A stretch of 64,000 bases of DNA, taken from the NCBI GenBank assembly GCA_951406725.2, contig OX597827.1:31620001-31684000 (forward strand), in the 5' to 3' direction. Positions 53,459 through 64,000 of the stretch are shown piece after piece; position 1 is the first letter of the stretch, and the number at the start of each line of letters is the position of its first letter. Position numbers and translations under genes: made by a program. This stretch comes from Octopus vulgaris (Eukaryota). Below the pieces are notes generated by a model. The model saw only the letters and a program-made list of their open reading frames with translations. It had not been told where the DNA came from and searched no databases.

Positions 53459-53853
53459 TCAGAGATCATGAAGAAAAAAAATGCTTTCTAATTGATGTAT
53501 CAATACCGGCAGATGACAATGTGTCTCTAAAAGAAATGGAGAAACTCTCAAAATACAAAGACCTGGAAATAGAGGTAACTAGAATGTGGATCTGAAAACA
53601 GAAATAATTCCTATCATAGTAGGTGCATTAGGCATGATAAAAAAATATTCAGACAAATACATAACAAAAACACCAGGACTTACAAACACATATAACATAC
53701 AGAAAATTGCACTACTAGGCACTGCACACATCCTACGCAGAACACTTTCCATACAATAACCATCAGAGCATCACAACAAACCACAGCACATACCCAAGGC
53801 ACACAGAGCTGCGCTCGGTAGTGAAGTGAAAGCATGCTATAAAAATAAAACTA

Positions 53854-53857
<4 letters not shown>
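53458..53857 (+). mobile_element. Dong/R4-clade LINE 3' end (restriction-like endonuclease) in (TAA)n
   Basis: KKCFLIDVSIPADDNVSLKEMEKLSKYKDLEIEVTRMW, then after a frameshift LKTEIIPIIVGALG..IQKIALLGTAHILRRTL. (AAT)n flanks both sides. Confidence 0.88.
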
Positions 53858-53891
<34 letters not shown>

Positions 53892-53897
53892 TAATAA

Positions 53898-56800
53898 TAA
53901 ATTCTTTTATTGGCCACAAAGGCTGACAAAAATTAATTATAACATAAAGGGACAAAACACAGGACGAATGTTACAAAGGGTTTTGTCCGTTTGTAAAATC
54001 CAAGTAAAAAACAGTTTAATAATGAAAATATAACAATGAAAAACTCCCAATAGGGGGAGGCACTTCGAAAGGTTCCTGGTGGAAAAACCCATAAAAGCCA
54101 TGGGAGCCTGGTCAAAAGCGGGGTAGAGAGCCCCTTTCTCCTTTTGTAATACCTTTTTTTCTACAGGTGTATCCTCAGAATGGCTCCTTTCATACTGGCC
54201 ATTCTTGCGACGTTTATCCACCTTTCAGTAAACTTGCCATCGGAAGCACTTCCCTCTCTACTCTCACCTTCCTTTTCAAGTGAAACTTGAAAAAGTTAAT
54301 GAGGCCTGGACCAAAGAGGAAAGTGTCTGACCTTAGCCCTTTCAAACGGGTCCACCATACCACCTCTTTCGCTACAGCCACTAGGCAAAGGAAAACTGCC
54401 TTGCCCTCCCAGTTGAAGGAGGTCGGCAGGGCAATCCTCACTATGGATTCAGCTGATAGCCGGATCCGTCCTATACATGACAGTAGCTGTTCAACATAAA
54501 CTCATAGTTCAGCAATGCTCGGACACTGGATGAGTGCGTGCAGAATGGTTTCGTCGTCCTGAGCGCACCTCGGGCAGGCCCGCTTGATGGCACTTCCGTG
54601 CCGGTAGAGTTTATCTTGAACAGGCAGAGTCCCTCGGTAACACTGCCAGGCAAGGGACCTTTGGAAATTATCCATTGGCCCTGGCCCGAAAGTCCTTCCG
54701 GACAAACTGCTCAGCTCGTTATTGTCAACGCCTAGAGTTTCCCTGAGAATGTTGTCGCACTTTTCTTCCATTAACCCGCTATAGAACGCTAGAGTGGAAC
54801 TACTACCGATCACATTGCCCGCTTGGCGGAGGGTGGAGAGAGCTTGACGGTACTCAAGGTACCAAGCGCCCTTTCTCAGTCTGTGTTTGATCCAGGTTTG
54901 CAGCTCTGTCAAAGAGACGAGCTGCGGAAAGTCACCTCTGACAAAAGACAACCACACCTGTTCACCGTCTAGGAAACGCTTGAGATTCCGTAGCCTGAGC
55001 GCAAATCTGCGCATCAGTAACCACGGAATGCCAAGGCCTCCATTCAGCGGTCGTTGATAGCAGATGGATCGCCTGACGAGTGGTACCTGACCCTTCCACA
55101 AAAAGTCGAAGAGCAAACGTACCAGCTTGGACAACCAGCGGTCGGGACAAGGGATAACGGTCAAGCAGCGAGCTGGCAGAAACATTAGCACGCCAGGCAA
55201 AATGCTTAGCGGTATTTCGTCTGCGTTACGTTGTGAGTTCAAATTCCGCCGAGGTTGACTTTGCCTTTCATCCTTTCGGGGTCGATAAATTAAGTACCAG
55301 TTACGCACTGGGGTCGATGTAATCGACTTAATACCTATGTCTGTCCTTGTTTGTCCCCTCTGTGTGTAGCCCCTTGTGGGTAATAAAGAAATAGGTAATA
55401 GATGACGGATGCGATGTACGCATTCGTCACCTCTGCTCGACCTTTCAGGGACAGCTTCCTCTCAGCCCATTTCTGGGTGAGATTGGCCACCCTGCTCATC
55501 ACTTTTTCCCAGTTTTTATCCACCTGGAGGTCCGGACCGAAACAGACCCTGAGCAGTTTAACGGGTCCGTCTGTCCAGCGCCCTACAACGCTGTTGGATG
55601 GCATGGACTTGCCTCTCCAGGTGCCTATTTGCAAGCCCACGGACTTTTCCGCGTTTGTTCAGCGTCTTGCCAATCAGGTCAATGTGCCTGTGGCTTGACA
55701 CTATCATGGTGGCATCGTCGGCATAGGCAGACACGCTGTTTCCATTTCCTAGATCGTGCATGATACCCCTCAAAGCCTCCAACTTGCACAGTAATGGTTC
55801 AAGAGTCAATAAGTACAAGAGGGATGAGAGAGGGCATCCTTGGCGGACCGAACACGAGATGTCAAATGGCTCTGAAAGGTGACCGTTCACCCATATCACC
55901 GAGCAGATGTTGCTGTATAAAGCAGCGATCCAACCGCGGAAGAATGGACTGAAGCCGGCTGCCTTGAGAACAGCTGCTTGATGGTCGACCCTATCAAAGG
56001 CTTTACTCTGATCTAAATTGATCAAAGCCCCACCTGCACCAGTGTCGTTACCCACCCTCTCTATCATGTAGCGCATGAGATGGAGATTATCGCGTATCGA
56101 CCTGGTCGGCACAGCGCATGTCTGCTCCTTGCCAATCAGCTTGTCCACAACAAGCGCCAATCTCTTGGCTAACACCTTGGCCAAAATTTTCAATTCTGCA
56201 TTCAGCAGAGTGATGGGCCAAAAGTTCCCTATAATGTCCCCCTTGTTTGGGCCCTTTCTCAGAAAAGCCACCACTCCTCAACAAACAAAAGCATGAATTC
56301 TCTCGTTTTGCTGCCAGTTGCAGTAGATGTTTGCCAAGAGGCCCGCAAACAAGTCTGGCATTGAAGTGTAAAGCTCGTAGGGCAGACCATCCAAACCCAG
56401 CGATCTACCTCTCGTGCAGCTTTTCATCACTTCCTCCACTTCCCAGGCAGATATCGGCCTTTTGCAGCACTCTGCCTTGCTGTCCAAGAGTTGCGGTAGG
56501 CTGTCCAGGTACACACCGAAATCTGCACCATTGTCCATCCCGCCGTTCGTCCCAAACAGTTGAGCAAAGTGCCGCTGAAACACCACATACATCTGCTTTG
56601 GTTCGGAAACCTCGCACCCGTTCTGGTCCACCAAAGACCGAATGGTCACTTTGTTGCCATGCTTCGCCTCTGCCACCATCGAGTGGCCTTAGTCCCCTCC
56701 CCGCTTAGTGAACGCACCTTAGCTCTGACAACACAGCCTTCGTGTTTGGCGTCAAAGTGTTGGTCGAAGGCCAACCTAGCCACCAACACATCAGTTGCGA

Positions 56801-57010
56801 TGCCTGTCTCAAGAGCCTCGTCTAGTTTTCTAACTAAATCCCACTCTGTTTTCCTACGTTCTACAGCTAGAGCCTTACTAAACCTAATTGACTCTGCTCT
56901 AATTGCTCTCTTGAGGGCAAACCACCAGTTATTGTTGATGATTGCCCCTGTGAGCACCCGTTTAACTAATAAACTAATCCGGTCTCTGGAGGCTTCCAGT
57001 AGCTGGGTCC
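53898..57010 (-). mobile_element. Second Tx1/L1-clade LINE ORF2 fragment
   Basis: GLDGLPYELY, PITLLNAELKILAKVLAKRL, SVRQGCPLSSLLY, AYADDA and CPRCAQDDETILHALIQC. Interrupted by a SINE. Confidence 0.93.
55165..55392 (+). mobile_element. tRNA-derived SINE family B inserted in the LINE
   Basis: GCGAGCTGGCAGAAAC..GAGTTCAAATTCCGCCGAGG..CATCCTTTCGGGGTCGATAAA. Many further copies lie at about 4540-5000, 8060-8260, 9845-10280, 13290-13440, 53115-53325 and 61945-63050. Confidence 0.85.
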
Positions 57011-57030
57011 CTGTCTATGTAGCCTATCTA

Positions 57031-57130
57031 NNNNNNNNNNNNNNNNNNNNNNNNNNNNNNNNNNNNNNNNNNNNNNNNNNNNNNNNNNNNNNNNNNNNNN
57101 NNNNNNNNNNNNNNNNNNNNNNNNNNNNNN
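57031..57130. other. Assembly gap (100 N)
   Basis: Run of n. Confidence 1.
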
Positions 57131-57252
57131 ATATGCTATCACACAGTAGGAATTTTCCTTTTACTGGATATACATATGGAAATCTGTTAATACCCACAAA
57201 ATTAATACAAAAAAAATTATAAAAGAAGATGGAATGAACAGGCTTTAATCTA

Positions 57253-57380
57253 ACTCACTACAATTGTTTCTGTGCTTTAATATCAGCTGGTAATTGCTGA
57301 GTGTTTCACATCATATTATACACATTATTCCATTAATATGATCCAACAATAACTGTGTACCTGCGCATCTTCGGGTGAGT
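57253..57380 (-). ncRNA. Type I hammerhead motif with very long loop II (U4C variant)
   Basis: Minus strand: ACTCAC-CCGAAGA-TGCGC..(87 nt)..GCACA-GAAA-CAATTG-TA-GTGAGT. Helix III is the palindrome ACAATTGT. Confidence 0.65.
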
Positions 57381-57636
57381 GGGTTCGAGAGCACTCATAG
57401 TTTCCCATTTTTTGTACCCATATTCTATTTTTACCATTCGATTGACAAAGACTGACATGGAAATGCAATATATATATATGATTGATTGATTCTAGTTTCA
57501 GCTCACGCGCTGTGGCCATGCTGGGGCACCGCCATTTAAAAAACTGAATACTTTCACAAGGATTGAACCTTTGTCCAAGGGGTATACGTATTGCTGTGTC
57601 CATATCTTTACCCACAAGACCATTGAGACAACAACA

Positions 57637-57835
57637 ATATGTGCAATAATTATAACGATAGAGAATAGGGAAATTGGTACATCTTCAAAATTTATTTCCT
57701 TCAATTTTATGGTATATTTTTATGGTTATCATAACCATAAAAATTTGCTGTATGACATAACATAAAATTGAAGGAAATAAATTTTGAATATGTACCAGTT
57801 TCCATATTCTCAATCATTATAATTATTGCAAATAT
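57637..57835. repeat. Nested fold-back
   Basis: Outer arms of about 78 bp around an inner palindrome ATTTTTATGGTTAT-C-ATAACCATAAAAAT. Confidence 0.75.
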
Positions 57836-58321
57836 AGATTCCAGATAATATTACCATCTAGTGAAGGGAATTACCCATTGGAGGAACTTACAGGGAGAGT
57901 GACAACTCCTAGGAGTCATAGATGTTAAATATTATTCAATGTGGTTAGCCATAACCTGGAAGATAACTGGGAGCTGCCATAGTATCTGCCCAGATAATAT
58001 ATCCCTCTAAACTCACACACACACACACACACATATATGTACTGCTACTTACATACATATATAAGTATTAGAATACACTAACAGACTCGCTATGTCTCAC
58101 CAAGCATTACTTCATTATCTTCTCTCCAAATATTAATTGCTGTTCCACATCTCTCCCTGTCATCCAGCACCTATATCATCATCGTCGTCGTCGTTGTCGT
58201 CATCATCGTCATCATCACTGTCATTATTTATTATCATTTGCACCAGTGCAGGCTAGACGGAAATTGAAAGAAACCCATCGCATGTGTGTGTATGTATGTA
58301 TGTTTGTATGTGTGTGTGTGT

Positions 58322-58661
58322 AAGGGTAAAGACCCCCTTCGGTCATGAATGACCATGGGATTGCACCTAGAAAGTTACCCTCCTAGACACAAGTCCGGGC
58401 AAGGTTGTTTATGGAAGGCCAGCAGTCGCCCATGCATACCAGCCTCCCCTCTCCACGCCACCAGTGTTATCCAAGGGAAAGACAAAGGTGGATACAGCTT
58501 GGCACCAGTGACGTCGCAACTCATTTCTACAGCTGAGTGAACTGGAGCAACGTAAAGTAAAGTGTCTTGCTCAAGAACACAACACGCAGCCCGGTCCGGG
58601 ATTCGAGCTCACAACCTCACGATCGTAAGCCCGACGCTCTAACCACTGAGCCATGCGCCTT
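58322..58661 (-). mobile_element. tRNA-derived SINE family C (CpG-rich, young)
   Basis: GGCGCATGGCTCAGTGGTTAGAGCGTCGGGCTTACGATCGTGAGG..CTCGAATCCCGG head. Confidence 0.88.
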
Positions 58662-58663
58662 GC

Positions 58664-58698
<35 letters not shown>

Positions 58699-58700
<2 letters not shown>

Positions 58701-59517
58701 AGCAGTATTGCCCGGCTCGTACGCTCATGCGTTCTATGCACGCGTGAATTAAGCTAAACTTGGATGAAGTTCAATTATTTTGGTTTTAAAATCAAGCATT
58801 TAATGCCCTCTATTTTTGCGCTTATGTGTTCCACTTCCTCAATAGGAAGTACATAGAAGTGTTTCATAAATTTTTGTTGAACAAATAATTGCCTTGTTGA
58901 ATTATTCTTTTAGATCAGTATTTCTCAACGGGGATTTCAGGGGAGAGTTTCAGGGAGTCGCTGGCGATGTATCATGATCAAAAATCTGGCCTGCTAAAAT
59001 TTGGTTAAAGTGATTCAAACTGCAGACTCAATGCAAAATGGTCACATTTAATTTAAAGCGTTAAAAATGTTATGAAAACAATTGGTATGTGTTCACAAAG
59101 TCCAAACGATTAATATGAAAAAACCCTCCAGGCTACATCCCAAAAATTCATTTCTTTGCCGAATTTCTACAATGTTTATGGCGATTCGTTTTTATATCTT
59201 GATTTTTTATTTTTCATGCAATTTACGCATGCTTGCATGCGTGGTGAACACAGTTCACGTCAAACAGCTGACTGAGTAAAGTTCACTATTCACTGCATGG
59301 GATAAGGCCTAAACAAACACATCGATTTATGCACTTGCGAGATGAATTTCGGAGCAGAAATAACGCAGTTCAATTTTCATTCGCCTAAACTTTAAGTGAC
59401 CCATTTTTGGTGGTTCTACAATTTGTTGGCTAGGAGGAGATGTGCTGGGCAGTTAAACACATAGACACACACACAGATACACGCACAGACACACAAGTTG
59501 AGTTTTATATATATAGA
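58699..59517 (-). mobile_element. Non-autonomous Helitron
   Basis: Minus-strand 5' end A|TCTATATATATAAAACT, similar to the 21025 element. 3' end CTTG|T with a degenerate GC-rich hairpin. Confidence 0.6.
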
Positions 59518-60049
59518 TATATATAAAAGTACAGGGGGGGGGCGATTTCTTCAGCTAAACCCTTCAAATGTGTGTGTGTGTGTGTGTGTGTATGTCTTTG
59601 TATATGTGTTTATCCTTTTTGCAATCACTTGACAACCAGTGTTGGTTTGTTTACCGCTCCATAACTTAGTAGTTCAGCAAAAGAAACTGATAGAATAAGT
59701 ACTGGGCTTTAAAAAAAGTACTGAGGTCGATTCATTTAACTAAAAATTCTTCAAGGGCGGTGCCCCAGCATGGCCAGTCTAATAACTGAAACATGTAAAA
59801 GATAAAAGATAAAAAAATGTATACATAAAATACGTGAACACATGAATGATGCAGTCTTCAACTAGGGCCAATCCCTAAACCCCACAGATCAGGGAATCAC
59901 CCTAATTATTAAGAGCACAAGTCTTTACTCAACTGCATTCACTCTCACCACTTTTGCTGCAGTCATCCACCTGTTGACAAATTTGCTGGGCTGGGGGCAG
60001 CACTTCCCTCTCTATATTCACATTCCTTCCCAATTCAGGGTCAGATCAG

Positions 60050-60750
60050 GTTGCATGTTGGGGCTGGGGGTCATTCCAAGTTAGTGGTCCCAGAGACTTA
60101 GTCAAGCATAGAGCTGACCATGTCTACCAGTGGTCTCCATCACCAAAAGTCCTGTGCTAGTCCCTCCATATCCTCCAGGGTGACATCAAGCCTCTGAAAA
60201 TTTTCCCCAATCATGTCCAGCCATCTGATGCAGGACCTGCCACAAAGCCTCTTCCAGCCTGTAGCTGCTGCATCAAACGAGAGTAAAGCCCTGGTGTGGC
60301 ACACAGAGGACATGTCTGTACCAGCGCATGCGATGGATAGCTATGAGGTGGGAGGCTGATACATGCATGCATGCATGCAGTTCTTTGTTGGAAACATGAT
60401 GGTACTATCTAATGTTCTTGATGGTTTTCAGGGTTCTGCTATCAAAGCTGTTGATCTTTGCCAGGGTCTCCCCAATATGAAACTGCAAAAGTTGATTAGG
60501 GTTTGGCCAAAGAGGAAAGTGCCTATCTTCAATCCTTTCAACATTGTCCACCACAGAACTTCTTTTGGCATGGCCCCTAGACAAGGAAAAACCTCATGTC
60601 CCACCTTATCAAAGACAGGTAGTGGGGTGGTCCCCATGATTGCTCTACTACATGGTCATGCAAGATGAATTTAGCTAATGACAGAGCCCCACCAAATGGA
60701 GCTCAGTCACAAGATAGGTTTATTCCACATGTAACAACATAACTTCACAA
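60050..60750 (-). mobile_element. Old LINE debris (RTE-like 60050-60350; Tx1-like 60420-60750)
   Basis: GRSCIRWLDMI..RLDVTLEDM. The frame AMPKEVLWWTMLKGL..GQTLINF matches the Tx1 C-termini elsewhere in this window. Confidence 0.6.
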
Positions 60751-60874
60751 GTTACCAATACTTGGATACTAATAATAATAATAATAGCAACAATAATAAT
60801 AATCCTTTCTAATGGAGGCATAAAGCCTCAAATTTGTGGGGAGGGAACTAGTCAATTACATCAACCCCAGTGTT

Positions 60875-61945
60875 TCATCATCATCATCATCATCATCATT
60901 GTTTAACGTCCATTTTCCGTGCTAGCACAGGTTGGATGGTTTGACAGGGTCTGGGATGCTAGGAGGCTGCACCAGGCTACAGTCTGATCTGGCAGTGTTT
61001 CTACAGCTGGATGCCCTTCCTAATGCCAACCACTCCGTGAGTGTAGTGGGTGCTCTTTACATGCCACCGGCACAGGTGCCAGGGGAGGCTGGCAGCGGCC
61101 ACGATCGGTTGGTGCTTTTTACGTGCCACTGGCACAGAAGCAAGTCAAGGCGGCGCTGGCATTGGCCACGTTCAGATGGTGCATTTTATGTGCCACCGGC
61201 ACAGGTATCACAACTACTATTTCCATTTGATATTTATTTCGATGTTGATGTACTTGACTCAATAGGTCTCCTCAAGCACAGCAGGTCATGTGCCAGCGGC
61301 ACAGAAGCCAGACAAGGCAGCGCTGGCATCGGCCACGTTCGGATGGTGCTTTTTACGTGCCGCCGGCACAGGTATCATGACTACAATTTCCATTTGATAT
61401 TTATTTTGATATTGATGTATTTGACTCAATAGGTCTCCTCAAGCACAGCAGGTCACTCTACGATCCAGGGTAAGCACAGCAGGTCGTTCTGCAATCCAAG
61501 GTATTTTGAATGGGCTGAGCCTATGCAAAACTGGTGCAGGAAGCAGCCCGGGTCTTTGCAGTCACAGCATATCTCCAGAGATCTCAGTCTTTCATCATTG
61601 CCTCTGTGAGGCCCAACGTTCGGAAGTCATGCTTGACTACATCATCCCATGTCTTCCTGTGTCTACTTCTCCCCCTGATACCTTCAACTGTTTGGGAGTG
61701 GCACTTCTTCACACATCTCTCCTCATCCATCCGCAGTACATGACCATACCAGCGCAAACGTCTCTCTTGCACACCACATCTGATGCTTCTTATGTCCAGC
61801 ATTTCTCTCAGGGTGCTTACACTCTGTCGTGTGTGCACACTGACATTACACATCCAGCGGATCATGCTAGCTTCATTTCTTTCAAGCCTACATATGTCCT
61901 CTGCAGTCACAGCCCATGTTTCACTACCGTGAAGCATGGCAGTTC
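60875..61945 (-). mobile_element. RTE LINE 3' fragment
   Basis: MLHGSETWAVTAED..RLRWYGHVLRMDEER..KTWDDVVKHD. Same family as 44064-46637. Confidence 0.92.
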
Positions 61946-62646
61946 GCTTAATTTATCGACCCCAATTTATCGATGAAAGGTAAAGTCAACCTCGGTGGAA
62001 TTTGAACTCAGAACATAGCGGCAGACGAAATACTGCTAAGCATTTCACATGGCATGCTTACAATTCTGCCAGCTCGGCACCTTAACAACAACAACAACAA
62101 CAATAATAATAATAATCCTTTCTGCTACAGGCACAAGGCCTGAATTTTGATGAGAGAAGACTAGTTGATTACACTGACACCAGTATTTCACTGGTACTTA
62201 ATCTATCGATCCCAAACGGAGGAAAGGCAAAGTTGACCTCGGCAGAATTTGAACTCAGAACATGAGTATGGATGAAATGCCACTAAGCATTCTAGCTGGT
62301 GTGTTAACAATTCTGCCCACATTTTGGCACAAGGCCAGCAATTCCAGGGGAGGAGGTAAGCTGATTACATTGCCCCCCTCACCCCTCCGGTAGTACTTAT
62401 TTTATCGGCCCCAAAAGGATGAAAGGCAAAGTCAACCTTGGCAGAATTTGAACTCAGAATGTAAAGACACAAAATACCACTGAGCATTCTGTCTGACATG
62501 CAAACAATTCTGCCAGCTTGTTGCCTTAATATTAATAATCCTTTCCACTAAAAGCACAAGGCCTGAAATTTTGGGGAAAGGGACTAGTTGATTATATTGA
62601 TCCCAGTGTTTCACTGGTACTTAATTTATTGACCCCGAGAGGATGA

Positions 62647-62682
<36 letters not shown>

Positions 62683-62787
62683 CCTTTCTACTATAGGCAC
62701 AAGGTCTGAAATTTTGGGGAAAGGGACTAGTCGATTTACAGTGATGTAAACAAACCAACACCTTCAAGCAGTGGAAGGACAAACATA

Positions 62788-62840
<53 letters not shown>

Positions 62841-64000
62841 CAGGCTTCTACAAAGTTTCCATCTATCATATTCACTCAGAAGTTTTGCTTGGTCTGGAGC
62901 TATGATCCCCATACTTAATTTATATCAACCCTGAGATGAAAGGTAAAGTCAACCTCAGCAGAATTTGAACTCAGAACATAAGGACAGACAAAATACCACT
63001 AAGCATTTTGTCCAGCATGCAAATGATTCTGCCAGCTCATTGCCTTAATATCAATAATAACAGCAGCAGTAGTAGTGGTGGTAGTAACAATAATAATGGT
63101 TTCAAATTAAGGCACGAAGCCAACAATTCTGAGAAGAGAGGTCAACAACCCCAGTACTTAACAGATACTTGATTTTTGTCGACCTTGAAAGGATAAAAGG
63201 TAAAGCTGACCAGGGCAATGGAGGAAATACGAAAAAAAGCCTCTCTCTTTTTTTTTTTACAACATTCTACACAATCTGCCAATTTTTGTCATTTTCAAAT
63301 ATGATATTACATTTGCAGGGGCTGCAGAAATTGATCAAATATTTTCTAGGGATGCAGAGCTAATAAAAATGGTCATAAACCATCAGTGATAGAAATGGTA
63401 TTAGGAATTAGGGGTTTGCTAAGATCGGTCAGACTGAGGTTGGGGAGTGGGGACCAGGCACAACAGTCCACCTAACACTATGAGATGAAATGTATGGGAA
63501 TGCTCTAACTCTGCATAACCATCTAACCATCATGCCTATCACTGGAAACCATGGTTCTATGTAATTACTCCACCTGCTAGAAATAGTAGCTATATCACTG
63601 AACTGGTTTAAAAAAGGAAGGTCATGTTGGATAATTCAGATGTATAAATAGTTGGCTGGAAGGCCTTTTATTATCAGAGATGATAAAAGAACTGACCTGA
63701 AGGCTTAATTATAGACAACTATATGCAGGCATGAGTGTGTGGCTGAGAAGTACACTTTTTAACAGTGGGGTTTCAAGTTCAGTCCCATGGCTTGGCATAG
63801 CTCCAGACCAACCAAAACTTCTGAGTGAATATTATAGATGGAGACTGTGTAGAAGCCTGTTTTGTGTGTGTGTGTGTGTATGTGCTTATGTTTGTCTTTC
63901 CACTGCTTGAAGGTGTTGGTTTGTTTACGTCACCGTAACTTAGCAGTTCGACAAAAGACACTGACAGAATAAGTACTAGGCTTGAAATAAGGAATGGAAT

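Overview
A very repeat-rich, AT-rich animal genomic window. The tRNA-derived SINE families, Tx1/RTE/CR1/Dong LINEs and dense (TA)n/(CA)n/(GATA)n/(CAT)n tracts look like a coleoid cephalopod such as Octopus (inference). I could not support any intact host protein-coding gene: most ORFs in the track are microsatellite read-through or decayed transposon frames. The window holds truncated non-LTR retrotransposons (CR1, RTE, two Tx1/L1, Dong/R4), four Tc1/mariner relics, a Merlin-type element, two Helitrons, several MITEs and many SINEs. The main unexplained structure is a set of mutually dissimilar Penelope-like remnants carrying long fold-backs and type I hammerhead ribozyme motifs. These have palindromic helix III and, in several cases, unusually long loop II inserts; complete motifs lie at 255-332(+), 7020-7078(-), 7445-7503(+), 32820-32864(+), 43347-43443(-) and 57253-57380(-). 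Also notable are a tandem array of compact H-type pseudoknot motifs in an RTE 3' UTR and a paired RFX X-box candidate promoter at about 16.1 kb inside a CpG-retaining domain. All structures were paired by eye and no searches were run.
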